Below are positions 9,535-19,771 of a stretch of DNA of 64,000 nucleotides, one piece after another. Every line of letters starts with the position of its first letter. The first letter of the stretch is position 1. This stretch comes from Candidatus Saccharimonadales bacterium. GTDB lineage: Bacteria > Patescibacteriota > Saccharimonadia > Saccharimonadales > EFPC-124. The notes beneath the pieces were generated by a model. It saw only the letters and a program-made list of their open reading frames with translations, ran no database searches and was not told where the DNA came from. A program made the translations under genes and the position numbers. The stretch is from NCBI GenBank assembly GCA_035457345.1, contig DATIBT010000033.1, forward strand, positions 2,390-66,389, written 5' to 3'.

Positions 9535-10086
9535 CTAGCTCTTTAAATACACCTCGCAACTAAGCGACGGGTTACTAATTTTGTTTGGGTCCTTGTCTGG
9601 CGCGAGGGTAAGGCTGGTGACTTGAATTTTGGTTAGGTTACCTTCGAGATCGCGCAAAAAGTTTAAGAAGGTGACATAAGCGAGCGGCCCTTTAAGGGAT
9701 ACAGTGAATGGCGTCTTTTTTGCGCCGTTAGTTGCAGCTGCATTTTTATTGGTCGTAGAGAAGTCGAAGGTATTTACCTGTATGCCATAGCGCGCCGCGT
9801 AATCGGCCACATCTTTAATGACCTGGTCCTGGTATTGGTATTGGGCACTAGTGGCGGCAATTTGTTTTGCCCGATCTACAATGTCCTTCTGATCTTCAAG
9901 TTGTTTTTTGAGCTGCTTAAGCTGCTGTAACTCTGTGCCACTTAGGTCGGCGTCGGTCCTTGCGTGGTCGGTTTCACGGACTTTTTCGGCGAGCATACCC
10001 TGCACCCACCACACGCCAGCGCCAAAACTAGCCAATAGCACGACAACCAAGCCAATCAACATGTAGCGGAGTTTAGTGGCTGTCAT
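9535..10086 (-). CDS. pilO: Type IV pilus assembly protein PilO-like
   Basis: N-terminal TM, coiled-coil (LQQLKQLKKQLEDQKD), C-terminal alpha/beta domain; translationally coupled after pilN (4-nt overlap). Confidence 0.65.
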   Translation of the reverse strand: MTATKLRYMLIGLVVVLLASFGAGVWWVQGMLAEKVRETDHARTDADLSGTELQQLKQLKKQLEDQKDIVDRAKQIAATSAQYQYQDQVIKDVADYAARYGIQVNTFDFSTTNKNAAATNGAKKTPFTVSLKGPLAYVTFLNFLRDLEGNLTKIQVTSLTLAPDKDPNKISNPSLSCEVYLKS

Positions 10087-10682
10087 TGTTTTGCCCCCGG
10101 CTTTTTGGTAAATTGCGCTTTGAGTGTGACGCTAAAGGGGTACTTTTGGGTGATTGTTGTAGCGGAGCCGGTCGAAGTGTCGGTCTGGCTTATGTTGGCG
10201 ATATTCACATTCTCAAAAATTGGCGAGTTCTCTAGGCTATTTTTTAAGTTCACTGCCCGGTCATACGACATAGCGCGGCCACTTATGTCTATTGGCGCGT
10301 TCGTATTAGTTGTAGTGGGTGTCGTTGAGCCAAGGGTTAGATTGTTAAGTACTACACCCTGCGGAATAACCGCGGCGATGGAGAATATTAAGTCACTAAA
10401 ACTAACATCACTGCCAAGAATGGTTTTGGCCGTTGCCAGGTTCTTGGCAAATTCTTCGGCGGCAGTTTTGGTTTTTGCGTACTCTTGTGCGGCTGTTTGG
10501 TTTTCTGCTTTGATGCGATCGGCGAGTTCTTTGTCGTTTGCCGTTGCCCAAAAACCAACAGTAAATACCACACCAAGAAGCAGCGCAGTCGTCACTACTA
10601 GCGTGCAGTATCTATAAAGGGTCACGTTCATGCGCGCAGCTCGCGCCTGCCGCTTGGTTTCTGGAGGGAGGAGATTTATCAT
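10083..10682 (-). CDS. pilN: Type IV pilus assembly protein PilN-like
   Basis: Conserved N-terminal INLLP motif (MINLLPPETKR) followed by a TM helix; 4-nt overlap with the pilM stop. Confidence 0.75.
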   Translation of the reverse strand: MINLLPPETKRQARAARMNVTLYRYCTLVVTTALLLGVVFTVGFWATANDKELADRIKAENQTAAQEYAKTKTAAEEFAKNLATAKTILGSDVSFSDLIFSIAAVIPQGVVLNNLTLGSTTPTTTNTNAPIDISGRAMSYDRAVNLKNSLENSPIFENVNIANISQTDTSTGSATTITQKYPFSVTLKAQFTKKPGAKQ

Positions 10683-11746
10683 TGCCAGATCTCCTTGGGG
10701 TCAATAATGCCAAGACCGGCTGCAGTTATATAGCGCGGTTTGAACAATTTGCTTGGCGGCGTGAGATGCCCGAAGCTTATTGAGTGCCATGGATTGGCAA
10801 CGCGCGACGGCATGAGCATGGCGTCTGTCATAAATTCACCCAATCCCGGCAGATTGGAACCCCCGCCTACAATAAGAATTTGCTCAATCTTGGTCTTGGC
10901 GCCGAGCCGTTCCGCGTAATACCGCATAATCTTGCGTGTTTCCTGGGCGACTTGTGTAAGGACGGGCTCAAGTGCCAAGCGAATTTGATTCTGCTTGGGG
11001 CCGGGCGCAAGGCCACTGTGCACTTTAAGTTGGTGTGCTTCTTCGAAACTAACTTTGAGCTTATCGGCAATAGTGTAGGTAACGGTGTGGCCGCCAACCG
11101 GCGCGCTGCCGGTGACGCGTACCACTTGGTCGACGAGGGCGATGTCACTTGTGGCGGCGCCCACATCTATGACGATGGTTGGAAGGTGGCCTTCTTCGGT
11201 GCGCCGAATAAGACGTGCGGCCGAACTAATCCCTGGCTCGACAAGCACCACCTGCAAGCCCGCTTTTTCACAGCTGGCAACCGAAGCGTCGACAATCTTT
11301 TTTGGCACCGCAGTAAGCAGTACGGTAATGTTCTCTTTGTTTCGTTCGACAATTTGGTGATCAATATACAGCTCGCTGGCGGCAATAGGAATATATTGTT
11401 CAACCTCAAGCTGGAGTGAGTCTGACAGATTGGCTTCTGCGTCTAGGGGGAGCTCAAGCGTGCGGCTGTAAGTACGCGATGTCGGCACGCTAATGGCTAC
11501 ATGATTGCTTGGCAATTTACCGTGGATTTTTTCCCGCAGCAACTGCCTGACCCCGTCGGCCAAGTAGTCGTCTTTGGCGGCCGTCAAGCTGTTATTTACC
11601 TTTTGCGGGTCGAGGTCAATCGAACCGTATCCAAGCACTGTCATTTTGCGCTGGTTAATCGCCATGGCTTTAATACCGGTCGAGCTAATATCTATGCCGA
11701 CCAGAGGCTTATCATGGTAGAATAATTTCGTTTTTGTGCCCATCAC
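10679..11746 (-). CDS. pilM: Type IV pilus assembly protein PilM (actin-like ATPase fold, FtsA family)
   Basis: LVGIDISSTGIKAMAI N-terminal phosphate-1 motif, DVGAATSDIALV phosphate-2, and IVGGGSNLPGL adenosine motif characteristic of PilM/FtsA. Confidence 0.85.
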   Translation of the reverse strand: MMGTKTKLFYHDKPLVGIDISSTGIKAMAINQRKMTVLGYGSIDLDPQKVNNSLTAAKDDYLADGVRQLLREKIHGKLPSNHVAISVPTSRTYSRTLELPLDAEANLSDSLQLEVEQYIPIAASELYIDHQIVERNKENITVLLTAVPKKIVDASVASCEKAGLQVVLVEPGISSAARLIRRTEEGHLPTIVIDVGAATSDIALVDQVVRVTGSAPVGGHTVTYTIADKLKVSFEEAHQLKVHSGLAPGPKQNQIRLALEPVLTQVAQETRKIMRYYAERLGAKTKIEQILIVGGGSNLPGLGEFMTDAMLMPSRVANPWHSISFGHLTPPSKLFKPRYITAAGLGIIDPKEIWQ

Positions 11747-11779
11747 TGTATACGCTTATGGTTAGTATACCATTTACTG

Positions 11780-13354
11780 TTACGGACCGGTTAGTACTTC
11801 GCGCCACGAAAGCACATTGTAAGTGCTTGTCACTGGCCAGCTTGGCGGTGGCGTGTAAAGCATGTTGTAGTCATACTGTGTGGTGTTATTGAGGACGCCC
11901 GAGATGTAGTTGCCGGTTGACGCTTGCAATGCTGCGTCGCCACAAGAACTACCCCTGAACCATGTCCACGTCCATGACTGCCGGGTAGCAACTGAACCGT
12001 AGAAGTTGAATGTTTGGTTGGCGTTTGTCCAGCCGCGCGTACAGGTGTTGACGGTACGATATGTACTTGGATATTGCACGCTACCCGCTTGGGCAATGAG
12101 CGCTGCGTCAACCTCAAAGTTGAATGACCCGGTAGCTGGCGGCGCGTAAGGGGCGATGAGAATATCTTGTTCGGCCATCAGGCCAATGGCGTCACTGCCA
12201 TCTTTTTGGGCGTAGACCAGGTCATCGGCAATGACTATATTTGCCTCTTGTGACGAGCTGGCGAGCCGCCCTGCCCCAATGGTAACGCGACCATTGTAGG
12301 TGGTGTTGCTGCGCACCCATACGTTGTCTTCGGCAAAAATGACGCCCGAACCTGGGATGGCAATATTCGTGGCTACCGAAGAAAGCGTTAGTGCACTGGT
12401 ATATGGTGTATTGCGGTCGTTTTCGGCATTAACTTGCGACAGGTTATAGGTGCCATTGTTGTTCAGCTCAATCAAGTAGCCTCTGTTAATGGCGAAGGTC
12501 GAAGCACGGCGGGGCAGGTAGGCAGCGGTTCTTGTAGATGGCGTTTGCGAACAGGCATTCGGCATGCTAGCCAGACTGGTAGTTGATGAGTCTGCCAAGA
12601 AGGCATTCTTTTTGATGCTGCACAGCGAGCCGGTCACGGCATTAAAATCAACCGAAGGCACCGGGTAGCGCCAATCAGACTTATTGCGTGTATTGCAGTT
12701 TACCGGCGACGTTACGCTTGTATGGCACCACACACCTGGTTTGCTGCTGCCATCACCGCCTAAGTTGCTTGGTGGGGTGTAGGTTGCGTTGGTGCTTGTT
12801 ACGTCACTATTGCTGGCACCGTCCATGCGAATGCCCTGGTTGGAATGCACTGGTCCGTTGGCGGATTCGGTGTTGCCGAACCATACGGCAGTGTCGGCAA
12901 CAAGGCCATAACTGGCAAACGATGGCGCGCCAATTTGAGCGTCGATAGTCCGTTTTATAGATGTACCGGCTACTTGCCCAATTGCCCTTATCTTAACAAT
13001 GGTCGAGCCGCCGCCTTGGGGATTAATCCATAAGGTAAACGTCCCTTGGGTCTTAGCATTATCGTCTACATAGTTGTGAACGTAGGGGCCATAACCGAGC
13101 TGCGGGTCTGGGGTGGTTGGGGTGCTTTGGCCATCTTTGTAATCGGTGGCATTATGACTGAGGTGCCAGAGATAATAGTTAATGCCCGCCTCGGCAATGT
13201 TGAAGGCCTTTTGGCTTTGAATGTTGTTGCCAACAAGCACAATATTGCTGCCAATAAGCTCAACCACCGACATGAAAATTATTGTAATAACTACTAAAAA
13301 TCCAAGGACACTCGGAAGTACGAAGCCTTTTTGTTGTCTTTTTTGTCTGCTCAT
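11780..13354 (-). CDS. PilX-like minor pilin / pilus-associated large protein (PilX N-terminal domain)
   Basis: N-terminus KGFVLPSVLGFLVVITIIFMSV plus ...SQKAFNIAEAGI matches the PilX_N pattern (hydrophobic helix, then AEAG); 524 aa. Confidence 0.55.
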   Translation of the reverse strand: MSRQKRQQKGFVLPSVLGFLVVITIIFMSVVELIGSNIVLVGNNIQSQKAFNIAEAGINYYLWHLSHNATDYKDGQSTPTTPDPQLGYGPYVHNYVDDNAKTQGTFTLWINPQGGGSTIVKIRAIGQVAGTSIKRTIDAQIGAPSFASYGLVADTAVWFGNTESANGPVHSNQGIRMDGASNSDVTSTNATYTPPSNLGGDGSSKPGVWCHTSVTSPVNCNTRNKSDWRYPVPSVDFNAVTGSLCSIKKNAFLADSSTTSLASMPNACSQTPSTRTAAYLPRRASTFAINRGYLIELNNNGTYNLSQVNAENDRNTPYTSALTLSSVATNIAIPGSGVIFAEDNVWVRSNTTYNGRVTIGAGRLASSSQEANIVIADDLVYAQKDGSDAIGLMAEQDILIAPYAPPATGSFNFEVDAALIAQAGSVQYPSTYRTVNTCTRGWTNANQTFNFYGSVATRQSWTWTWFRGSSCGDAALQASTGNYISGVLNNTTQYDYNMLYTPPPSWPVTSTYNVLSWREVLTGP

Positions 13355-13944
13355 AAGTTTGTCTTCCTGTTGCGTAAGCTGACTTCGCTTGTGATGGTAT
13401 CATTACCCGATTGGCTCGGCAGTGTAATTGGTACGGCAAGGTTAATTCGCATACCTTTTATAGTGTGCAGATCGGCGATTGGCGGCGTGAGTGTATTGCC
13501 GGCTGCATCAAGGTACTGAAAGGTCTTCACCGTGGGTGAGGAGTAGAAATTATCGATGATTGTCACTGTCCGTTGTTGTGCAGTTAAGAGCGTGCCAGCC
13601 GGTGGATTTGCCGACAGCGGCGTAACATCGGCAAACAATTTGGTGCCCGCTGGATTTTTGTAGTAATGAATGAGCGACACATTGGCGTCGTTCGGAGCGA
13701 AGTACGCATATACCGTCACTTCTGTATCGATGGCCTGAGTAACATCGGTCGCCCCGCGGAGCACCTTTGCTATGCGCTGCGACTGCATGGATAGCTGACT
13801 AAACATGAGCCCCTCTTGCTCTAGGACAAAAAATTGCCGGAGGGTTTGGTTAAAAAAGGGATAGGCAATAACAATTAGGATCGCCAGAAGTGATAGTGCG
13901 ATAACAAGCTCGCCAACGGAAAATCCACGACTATGGCGTAACAC
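13351..13944 (-). CDS. Minor pilin (prepilin-type N-terminal domain)
   Basis: RGFSVGELVIALSLLAILIV class III signal; overlaps neighbours by 4 and 14 nt (operon). Confidence 0.7.
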   Translation of the reverse strand: MLRHSRGFSVGELVIALSLLAILIVIAYPFFNQTLRQFFVLEQEGLMFSQLSMQSQRIAKVLRGATDVTQAIDTEVTVYAYFAPNDANVSLIHYYKNPAGTKLFADVTPLSANPPAGTLLTAQQRTVTIIDNFYSSPTVKTFQYLDAAGNTLTPPIADLHTIKGMRINLAVPITLPSQSGNDTITSEVSLRNRKTNL

Positions 13945-15499
13945 TCATACCTCCTAGCAGCGGCGTTCCTGGCAGGGTGAGGGTGCCGCTAGATGTTGTA
14001 AGTTGGAGGCCGAGCGCACCTTGTGTGGCGCTGCTTAGGTCAACGGTACAATTGAGTGATTTCTGGCTTGCGTCGCCGGTGCAGCTTGCGGTGAAGATGG
14101 AAGCGCCCTGGGTGAGCTGTACGGTTGTAGCACAGCTTGCGGGGTTGTTGCCGCAGGGTAGGTTGCGGCCGGTAATGGTAAATGCGAACGCGCTCAGGCT
14201 ACTCCCTTGGCTGGCCTCATCTGGCGAGATGGTGAAGATACGGGGGAAGCTCGGGCTTGTAGTGAAGATCAGCCTGACTTTTTGGTAATAATTATTGCCG
14301 CTAAAGGTGAAGGTTGGGCTTGGCGGGTTGGCAGCGGTGTACGTAGGCACGGTGATTGGTTGTAGCGAATTGTTGCCTGCGTAGGGTACGGCGGCTGCTA
14401 AGTAATAGTTTGTGCTGCCGTTTTGGCAGCCGGAATTGCCATCGTCGCCGCAGAAGAAGTAGTTGCCGGGTACCAGGTTACTGACTGCGGCCAGGCCGCT
14501 ACCGTCGGTCGTTGGCCGAGTATCGGTGGGCGACAGATTATCGTAGTAGTACACGGTATTGCTCGCATCGGTGTAGCTCTTATAGCCGCCCTTCATGTAT
14601 ATTTTGGCGTTGCCTATGGGCGAGCCGCTTGTGTTGACAGCCTCAAGCACGATGCTGTTGGGGCCTTGGGGTTTAATGACCAGCGTCACTGACGATGATT
14701 GTTGGGTTAAAATCTGCTGGCTTGGGTAGGTTGGTTGCAGGGAACCATTTGGCGGCGCAATGGTCGTTAGCGTCGAATAGCCTGTTTTAGACGCTGTCAC
14801 GACATAGCTGTACCCAGTCGTGTCGGGCGGCAGTCCGTAAAAGATTGCCACGCCATTGCTGTCGCTTGTATCAGAAACATTTATATTTGGCGTAATGGTA
14901 TTGTTGGTAACTTGGATAGTGGCGCCTGATACTGGTGTGCCTGTGTCATCTAAAACAGTGACGAACAGAGCGCCAGTCGTGCTTGCCGTCTCGGCCACCC
15001 GGGCAGATATTTGCGTGTCTACCTCGGCTAAAAGGGAGGTGGCAGGAGCATATACCGACACATGGACAATCTTATAGTCCGCTGGGTTCGTGTCTGTAGC
15101 CGGCGCCGTAGCAGGCGGCGGGTAGTTGCGACAATAGAGCATTTTGAGTGCGAGCGTAGGGTAATTGGCGCAGCCATCGAATGCATCATCGACGTAATTT
15201 ATACTCGTTTTAATAGTATAAGTGACGCCATTGTATACTTTGGTGGTTGTATTGGGCAGTGGACTGGCACTGTAAATGCTGCCGCCTGCTACGGCAAGCG
15301 TGTCATACGGCAACGATTTTAAATATTCCATTTGATTAGTGGCAAGGGTAGAGGCAATTGCCTTGCGTTTGGTCACGGCTGCACTGTTGGCAAGGGTCGT
15401 GAACAGGCTTAAAATCGCCAGGGTCACAAAAGTAAGCACGGTCAAACTTATGACCAGCTCGACAAGCGTATAGCCCGACGTACTCTTAGGGGTGCCCAC
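13931..15499 (-). CDS. Large minor pilin (PilV/PilW-like) with carboxypeptidase-regulatory-like beta-sandwich repeats
   Basis: SGYTLVELVISLTVLTFVTLAIL prepilin motif; 522 aa, Thr/Ser/Gly-rich beta-rich C-terminal region. Confidence 0.65.
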   Translation of the reverse strand: MGTPKSTSGYTLVELVISLTVLTFVTLAILSLFTTLANSAAVTKRKAIASTLATNQMEYLKSLPYDTLAVAGGSIYSASPLPNTTTKVYNGVTYTIKTSINYVDDAFDGCANYPTLALKMLYCRNYPPPATAPATDTNPADYKIVHVSVYAPATSLLAEVDTQISARVAETASTTGALFVTVLDDTGTPVSGATIQVTNNTITPNINVSDTSDSNGVAIFYGLPPDTTGYSYVVTASKTGYSTLTTIAPPNGSLQPTYPSQQILTQQSSSVTLVIKPQGPNSIVLEAVNTSGSPIGNAKIYMKGGYKSYTDASNTVYYYDNLSPTDTRPTTDGSGLAAVSNLVPGNYFFCGDDGNSGCQNGSTNYYLAAAVPYAGNNSLQPITVPTYTAANPPSPTFTFSGNNYYQKVRLIFTTSPSFPRIFTISPDEASQGSSLSAFAFTITGRNLPCGNNPASCATTVQLTQGASIFTASCTGDASQKSLNCTVDLSSATQGALGLQLTTSSGTLTLPGTPLLGGMSVTP

Positions 15500-15620
15500 T
15501 GCTTTTGTTTGCTCGTTCTACTTCTTTAAGCATAAGCGGTAGCGGCTTTTTAATCAATGTTACTAACAAAACAGCCCCGGAGTACGAGACTGTTTTGCTT
15601 CTTACGCGTGTCTACAGCGG

Positions 15621-16079
15621 TTAGTTCAAACTGTCTTTGGTCTGAACCGCGTTTGTGTCTTCCTTAAGCCAGGTTAGCTTAAACTTGGCACATGGCGCAG
15701 TGGTACAGGCAGTTGTGCCGTCGCTTGCAAAGGTACGGTAACCGTAGTGGTCTTTGTCTGGCGTAGCACTGTTGTTTACGCTGTTAGCGGTTGCACCCGG
15801 AGCGCGAGTCGACTGAATGTCGATACCCTTCAGGTTTGCGCTTACCCAGCTGTCAGTGTCTAGGCTGCCAGTAAGGATTGGGTAGCCACCGTTGTCGTTG
15901 TAGTAGACTTCAAGCTGTGTCGCGATTGAGTTCACGTCTGTTTGGCGCTCAGTGTCACGTGCACGGCGCTGTACGCCGCTAAAGGTGTTCAACACCAAGG
16001 CGGCCAAGATGCCGATGACCACGATGACGATCAGAAGCTCGACGATCGTGAAGCCTTTTTGTAAATGTTTTTTGAGCAT
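15621..16079 (-). CDS. pilA: Type IV major pilin (PilA-like)
   Basis: QKGFTIVELLIVIVVIGILAALVL canonical prepilin leader and alpha1 helix; 152 aa; own promoter upstream; sits between pilC and the minor pilins. Confidence 0.85.
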   Translation of the reverse strand: MLKKHLQKGFTIVELLIVIVVIGILAALVLNTFSGVQRRARDTERQTDVNSIATQLEVYYNDNGGYPILTGSLDTDSWVSANLKGIDIQSTRAPGATANSVNNSATPDKDHYGYRTFASDGTTACTTAPCAKFKLTWLKEDTNAVQTKDSLN

Positions 16080-16139
16080 TGAATGCCCCCCTTTTAAATT
16101 ATTGTAGCCGCGTAAGAATTACACCGCGTCTTGAGCTTA

Positions 16140-16167
16140 AGTATAACCATAAGCGCGTTGCCGTCAA
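16140..16167 (-). promoter_or_regulatory. Sigma70-like promoter for pilA (minus strand: TTGACG-16 nt-TATACT; RBS AAAGGGGGG)
   Basis: On the minus strand, TTGACGgcaacgcgcttatggtTATACT lies about 55 nt upstream of the pilA ATG, followed by a strong G-rich SD. Confidence 0.4.
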
Positions 16168-16193
16168 CTCTTTGCTTGTGGATAACTAGCTCT

Positions 16194-17414
16194 CTAACCC
16201 TTAATATTAGTCGAGAGGCTAGAGATCGGTCCCATCACACTAGCGGCAATCAAACCAATCATACTGCCCATAATCACAATCATGACTGGCTCTAGGATTG
16301 AGCTGAGGCTACCAATGAGGGTGTCGACTTCTTCTTCGTAAAATTCGGCAACTTTAATAAGAATAGTGTCTGTTTGGCCGGTCTCTTCACCCACAGCGAG
16401 CATCTGCGACACAATCATGGGGAACATATTGCTTTCGCTCAATATAACCGACAATTGCTTGCCGTTTTTAACTCCCTCGGCGGCCTTATCCAACGCTTCT
16501 TTGTAGGCCGAATTACCCACTGCGCCGCCACTCACCTTAAGCGCCTCAACGACGCTTACGCCGGCGCCTAGTAAACTCGCAAACGTGCGAGAGAAGCGCG
16601 CTACGGCGAGCTTGCTAATAATAGTGCCAATCGCGGGAACTTTGAGCATAAAGGTATTGAAGGTGCGCTTGCCTTCGGGAGTTGCTACCCAACGGCGGAA
16701 CAGAAATATACCGCCTACAGTCAATCCAATAAGAATGTACCACTGGTTCGTCATAAAGCTGCTAATCGCAAGCATGGCCTGTGTTATTGGGGGGAGCTCG
16801 GCATCGGGGCCGCCAAGGTCTTTTACAATCTGCCCAATGCGCGGCACAATGAACACCATAAGGCCAATGAATGCCACAACAGTAATGGTGAGCAGTACAA
16901 TAGGGTAGGTCATGGCACCCTTCACTTTTTTGCGGATTGATTCGCTTTTTTCTTGTTGCAGGGCCAGGCGTTTTAGAATTTCGTCGAGAATACCACCAGC
17001 TTCACCGGCGCGTACCATATTAACGTATACCTCGTTAAACACTTTCGGATGTTTGGCAAAGGCGTCGCCAAGCGACATGCCACCCTGTACGTCTTTGTTG
17101 ACAACAGTGAGCACTTCTTGAAGGCGCTTGCTTTCCGATTGCTGTCCCAATGTATTCAGCGCCCTAAGTAACGGCACGCCCGCGCTCACCATGGTACTCA
17201 GCTGGCGGGTAAAAATAACAAGCTCTTTCGATTTGACCTTGCCCTTAAACAAACCGCTCATTGCTTTGGCGCGCGTGCTTTCTTCGCGCAGGCCAACAGG
17301 ACGCAGTTTTTGCTTGCTTAGTAATGCGGTGGCAGCGGCCCGGTCTTTGGCTTCAAGGGCGCCTGTCACTTTTTTGTTTTGCGCGTTCATAGCGCTGTAG
17401 GTAAATTTAGCCAT
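16194..17414 (-). CDS. pilC: Type IV pilus inner-membrane platform protein PilC (GspF family)
   Basis: Two GspF-type repeats, 406 aa, three TM regions; directly downstream of pilB (3-nt gap). Confidence 0.9.
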   Translation of the reverse strand: MAKFTYSAMNAQNKKVTGALEAKDRAAATALLSKQKLRPVGLREESTRAKAMSGLFKGKVKSKELVIFTRQLSTMVSAGVPLLRALNTLGQQSESKRLQEVLTVVNKDVQGGMSLGDAFAKHPKVFNEVYVNMVRAGEAGGILDEILKRLALQQEKSESIRKKVKGAMTYPIVLLTITVVAFIGLMVFIVPRIGQIVKDLGGPDAELPPITQAMLAISSFMTNQWYILIGLTVGGIFLFRRWVATPEGKRTFNTFMLKVPAIGTIISKLAVARFSRTFASLLGAGVSVVEALKVSGGAVGNSAYKEALDKAAEGVKNGKQLSVILSESNMFPMIVSQMLAVGEETGQTDTILIKVAEFYEEEVDTLIGSLSSILEPVMIVIMGSMIGLIAASVMGPISSLSTNIKG

Positions 17415-17416
17415 AG

Positions 17417-19213
17417 TTATTCGCGAGTTACACGCAGGATTTCCTCAATGCTCGTTTGGCCGCGCAAGGCTTTAATAAACCCGTCCATTTGCATGGTGAC
17501 CATACCCTCTTTGATAGCTTCTTCCTGAATGGTGTTGCTGGTGGCGTTGGTGGTGATGAGCTTTTGCACTTCTACGCTATTAGACAATACCTCGTAAATA
17601 CCCATGCGCCCCTTGTAACCGCTGTGCCCGCAATTATCACAGCCTTCGGGCTTGGGGCGGTAGAGGCGCGTAATGGTACCGCCTTTTATTGATGTCTCGG
17701 CGCCAATATCTTCGCCAATTTTTTGGCTAGCGGCTAATTTTTCGAGTTCGGCGTAATGTTCAAATGTGTCTTTATCTTTTATGCCAAACATTTGGCCAAT
17801 GGTAGTGAGCTCGCCATCTTCGGGCTTGTATTCCTGCTTACATTTTGGGCACAGGCGGCGCACTAAGCGCTGGCCAACAACGGCCCGGACGGTGCTGGCA
17901 ATAAGAAACGGCTCAATGCCCATGTCGAGCAAGCGCGGCAAACAGGTGGCGGCGTTGTTGGTGTGCAAGGTACTAAATACTAAGTGGCCGGTTAAGGCGG
18001 CCTGTACGGCGAGGTCGGCGGTTTCGCCGTCACGAATCTCACCCACCATGATAATGTTGGGGTCCTGGCGCAGCAGTGCGCGCAAACCGGCCACAAACGT
18101 CATGCCTGCTTTGGGATTCACCTGTGTTTGGTTGGTGCCCATAATGCGGTACTCCACTGGGTCTTCGACGGTTGAAATGTTCACGCCAGGACTGTTCAAT
18201 AAGGTGAGCGTGCTGTACAAACTGGTTGATTTACCTGAACCAGTAGGGCCGGTTACTAAGATCATGCCGTGGGGTTGTTTGATTGCTTCGTTGATTTTAT
18301 CGAGGCTCCATCCCCAGTAGCCGAGTTGCTCTAGGGTGAGTGCCTTGTTTGATTCATCAAGCACGCGCATAACCACTTTTTCGCCGTCTTGGATTGGGAG
18401 GGTTGAGACACGCATGGCATATAGTTTGCCGCCGACCGTCACTTTAAAGCGGCCGTCTTGCGGCACGCGGCGTTCGTCGATTTTAAGATTACTCAAAATT
18501 TTAATGCGCGAAACAAGCGCAGCCAGTACATTGCGAGGTAGTTTGTTCGCCTCGCGTAAAATGCCATCTATGCGGTAGCGAACTTGTACAAAATCTTCCC
18601 TCGGCTCAATATGAATGTCGGACGCACCGGCACGAATAGCATACTCTAGCAGCAAATTGACCGTTTGGGCAATTGGGGAGTCCTCGGCGACGTCTTCTTC
18701 GCTGACCAACTCCTCTTTTTGTTCCTCTTTTTCTACTTCAACGTCAATTACCTTGGTCAGCTCATTGCTAATGCCGCCAATGCCTTCGCGGTACTGGTCC
18801 AAGGCCGCCAAGATATTATCTTTGGTCGCAATATAGAGCGCAAAGCTGGCGCCGATGTATTTTTTTAGGAAATCCACTGCCTGGACATCGTCTGGGTCTT
18901 CCATGGCGAGTTGTTTGATGCCATCTTTAACAGCAAAAATAACGGCGTTGTACTGCCGGGCAATGCGCTCTGGCAGCAAGCTGATGGTCTTTTTTGTGAT
19001 GGTTTTGGGGTCGAGTTCGATAAACGGTATGCCAATTTCTTTAGCGTAGAGTTCCGTCAATTCTTTTTCGTTGATGAGCTCGGCCTTTAGCACCAGATCC
19101 TGTAATGGCTTGCCGGTCTTCTTTTCTTCGGCACGCACCTTATCAAGCTCGGCAGGTTTGACCTTGCCAGCTTTAGATAACAGCGTCTCCAGTGTCGCAT
19201 CGGCTATGCGCAT
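17417..19213 (-). CDS. pilB: Type IV pilus assembly ATPase PilB (GspE family)
   Basis: N-terminal GSPII_E_N domain, Walker A GPTGSGKST, Asp/His boxes, tetracysteine motif CPKC...CDNCGHSGYKGR. Start set at the internal ATG (MRIADATLE); the ORF extends to 19264. Confidence 0.9.
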   Translation of the reverse strand: MRIADATLETLLSKAGKVKPAELDKVRAEEKKTGKPLQDLVLKAELINEKELTELYAKEIGIPFIELDPKTITKKTISLLPERIARQYNAVIFAVKDGIKQLAMEDPDDVQAVDFLKKYIGASFALYIATKDNILAALDQYREGIGGISNELTKVIDVEVEKEEQKEELVSEEDVAEDSPIAQTVNLLLEYAIRAGASDIHIEPREDFVQVRYRIDGILREANKLPRNVLAALVSRIKILSNLKIDERRVPQDGRFKVTVGGKLYAMRVSTLPIQDGEKVVMRVLDESNKALTLEQLGYWGWSLDKINEAIKQPHGMILVTGPTGSGKSTSLYSTLTLLNSPGVNISTVEDPVEYRIMGTNQTQVNPKAGMTFVAGLRALLRQDPNIIMVGEIRDGETADLAVQAALTGHLVFSTLHTNNAATCLPRLLDMGIEPFLIASTVRAVVGQRLVRRLCPKCKQEYKPEDGELTTIGQMFGIKDKDTFEHYAELEKLAASQKIGEDIGAETSIKGGTITRLYRPKPEGCDNCGHSGYKGRMGIYEVLSNSVEVQKLITTNATSNTIQEEAIKEGMVTMQMDGFIKALRGQTSIEEILRVTRE

Positions 19214-19285
19214 AATTATTCTATATTGTAGCTGATGACGCTTATGATTGCTATGCACCCCCACGCGTCAGGTATAATGTTCCCG

Positions 19286-19771
19286 ATGGAATATAAGTTT
19301 GTCTGTAAGACTACCGATGACACCAAGCGGCTTGCCGAAGAGATGGGTAAGGCGCTGCACGGTGGCGAGGTTATTGAGTTCCACAGTGATCTGGGCGGGG
19401 GCAAAACCACCTTCATGAAAGGGCTGGCCGTTGGCATGGGTGTGGTAGATGTGGTGCAGAGCCCAACCTTTTCAATCAGCCAACTGCATAAAGCGGCACA
19501 TGGCTTAGAACTGCATCATTTTGATTTTTATCGGCTCGATGACCCCGGCGTGGTGCGAGCTTCACTCGTTGAATCACTCGCCCAGCCCAATGCGGTCGTG
19601 GCAATAGAGTGGGGCGAGACAGTGCATGATGTGCTGGGCGCCAATATTATCTCTATCACTCTCACTGTGCAGGATGACGACGCGCGCGTTGTTACTATCG
19701 CAGTGCCCGCAGTAGCTGAACATGTTGCCAAAATATTGCAAAATTACCAACAAAATAGGACAATTGCCTGA
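19286..19771 (+). CDS. tsaE: tRNA threonylcarbamoyladenosine biosynthesis protein TsaE
   Basis: P-loop GDLGGGKTTFMKGLA plus SPTFSI and LHHFDFYRL motifs of TsaE/YjeE. A TATAAT at 19273-19278 lies 7 nt before this ATG (possible leaderless start); alternative starts at 19277 and 19235. Confidence 0.8.
   Translation: MEYKFVCKTTDDTKRLAEEMGKALHGGEVIEFHSDLGGGKTTFMKGLAVGMGVVDVVQSPTFSISQLHKAAHGLELHHFDFYRLDDPGVVRASLVESLAQPNAVVAIEWGETVHDVLGANIISITLTVQDDDARVVTIAVPAVAEHVAKILQNYQQNRTIA

Noticed and set aside
15560-15620. Terminator downstream of pilA
   Set aside because: Only a 7-bp AAAACAG/CTGTTTT stem with a 15-nt loop; too weak to call.
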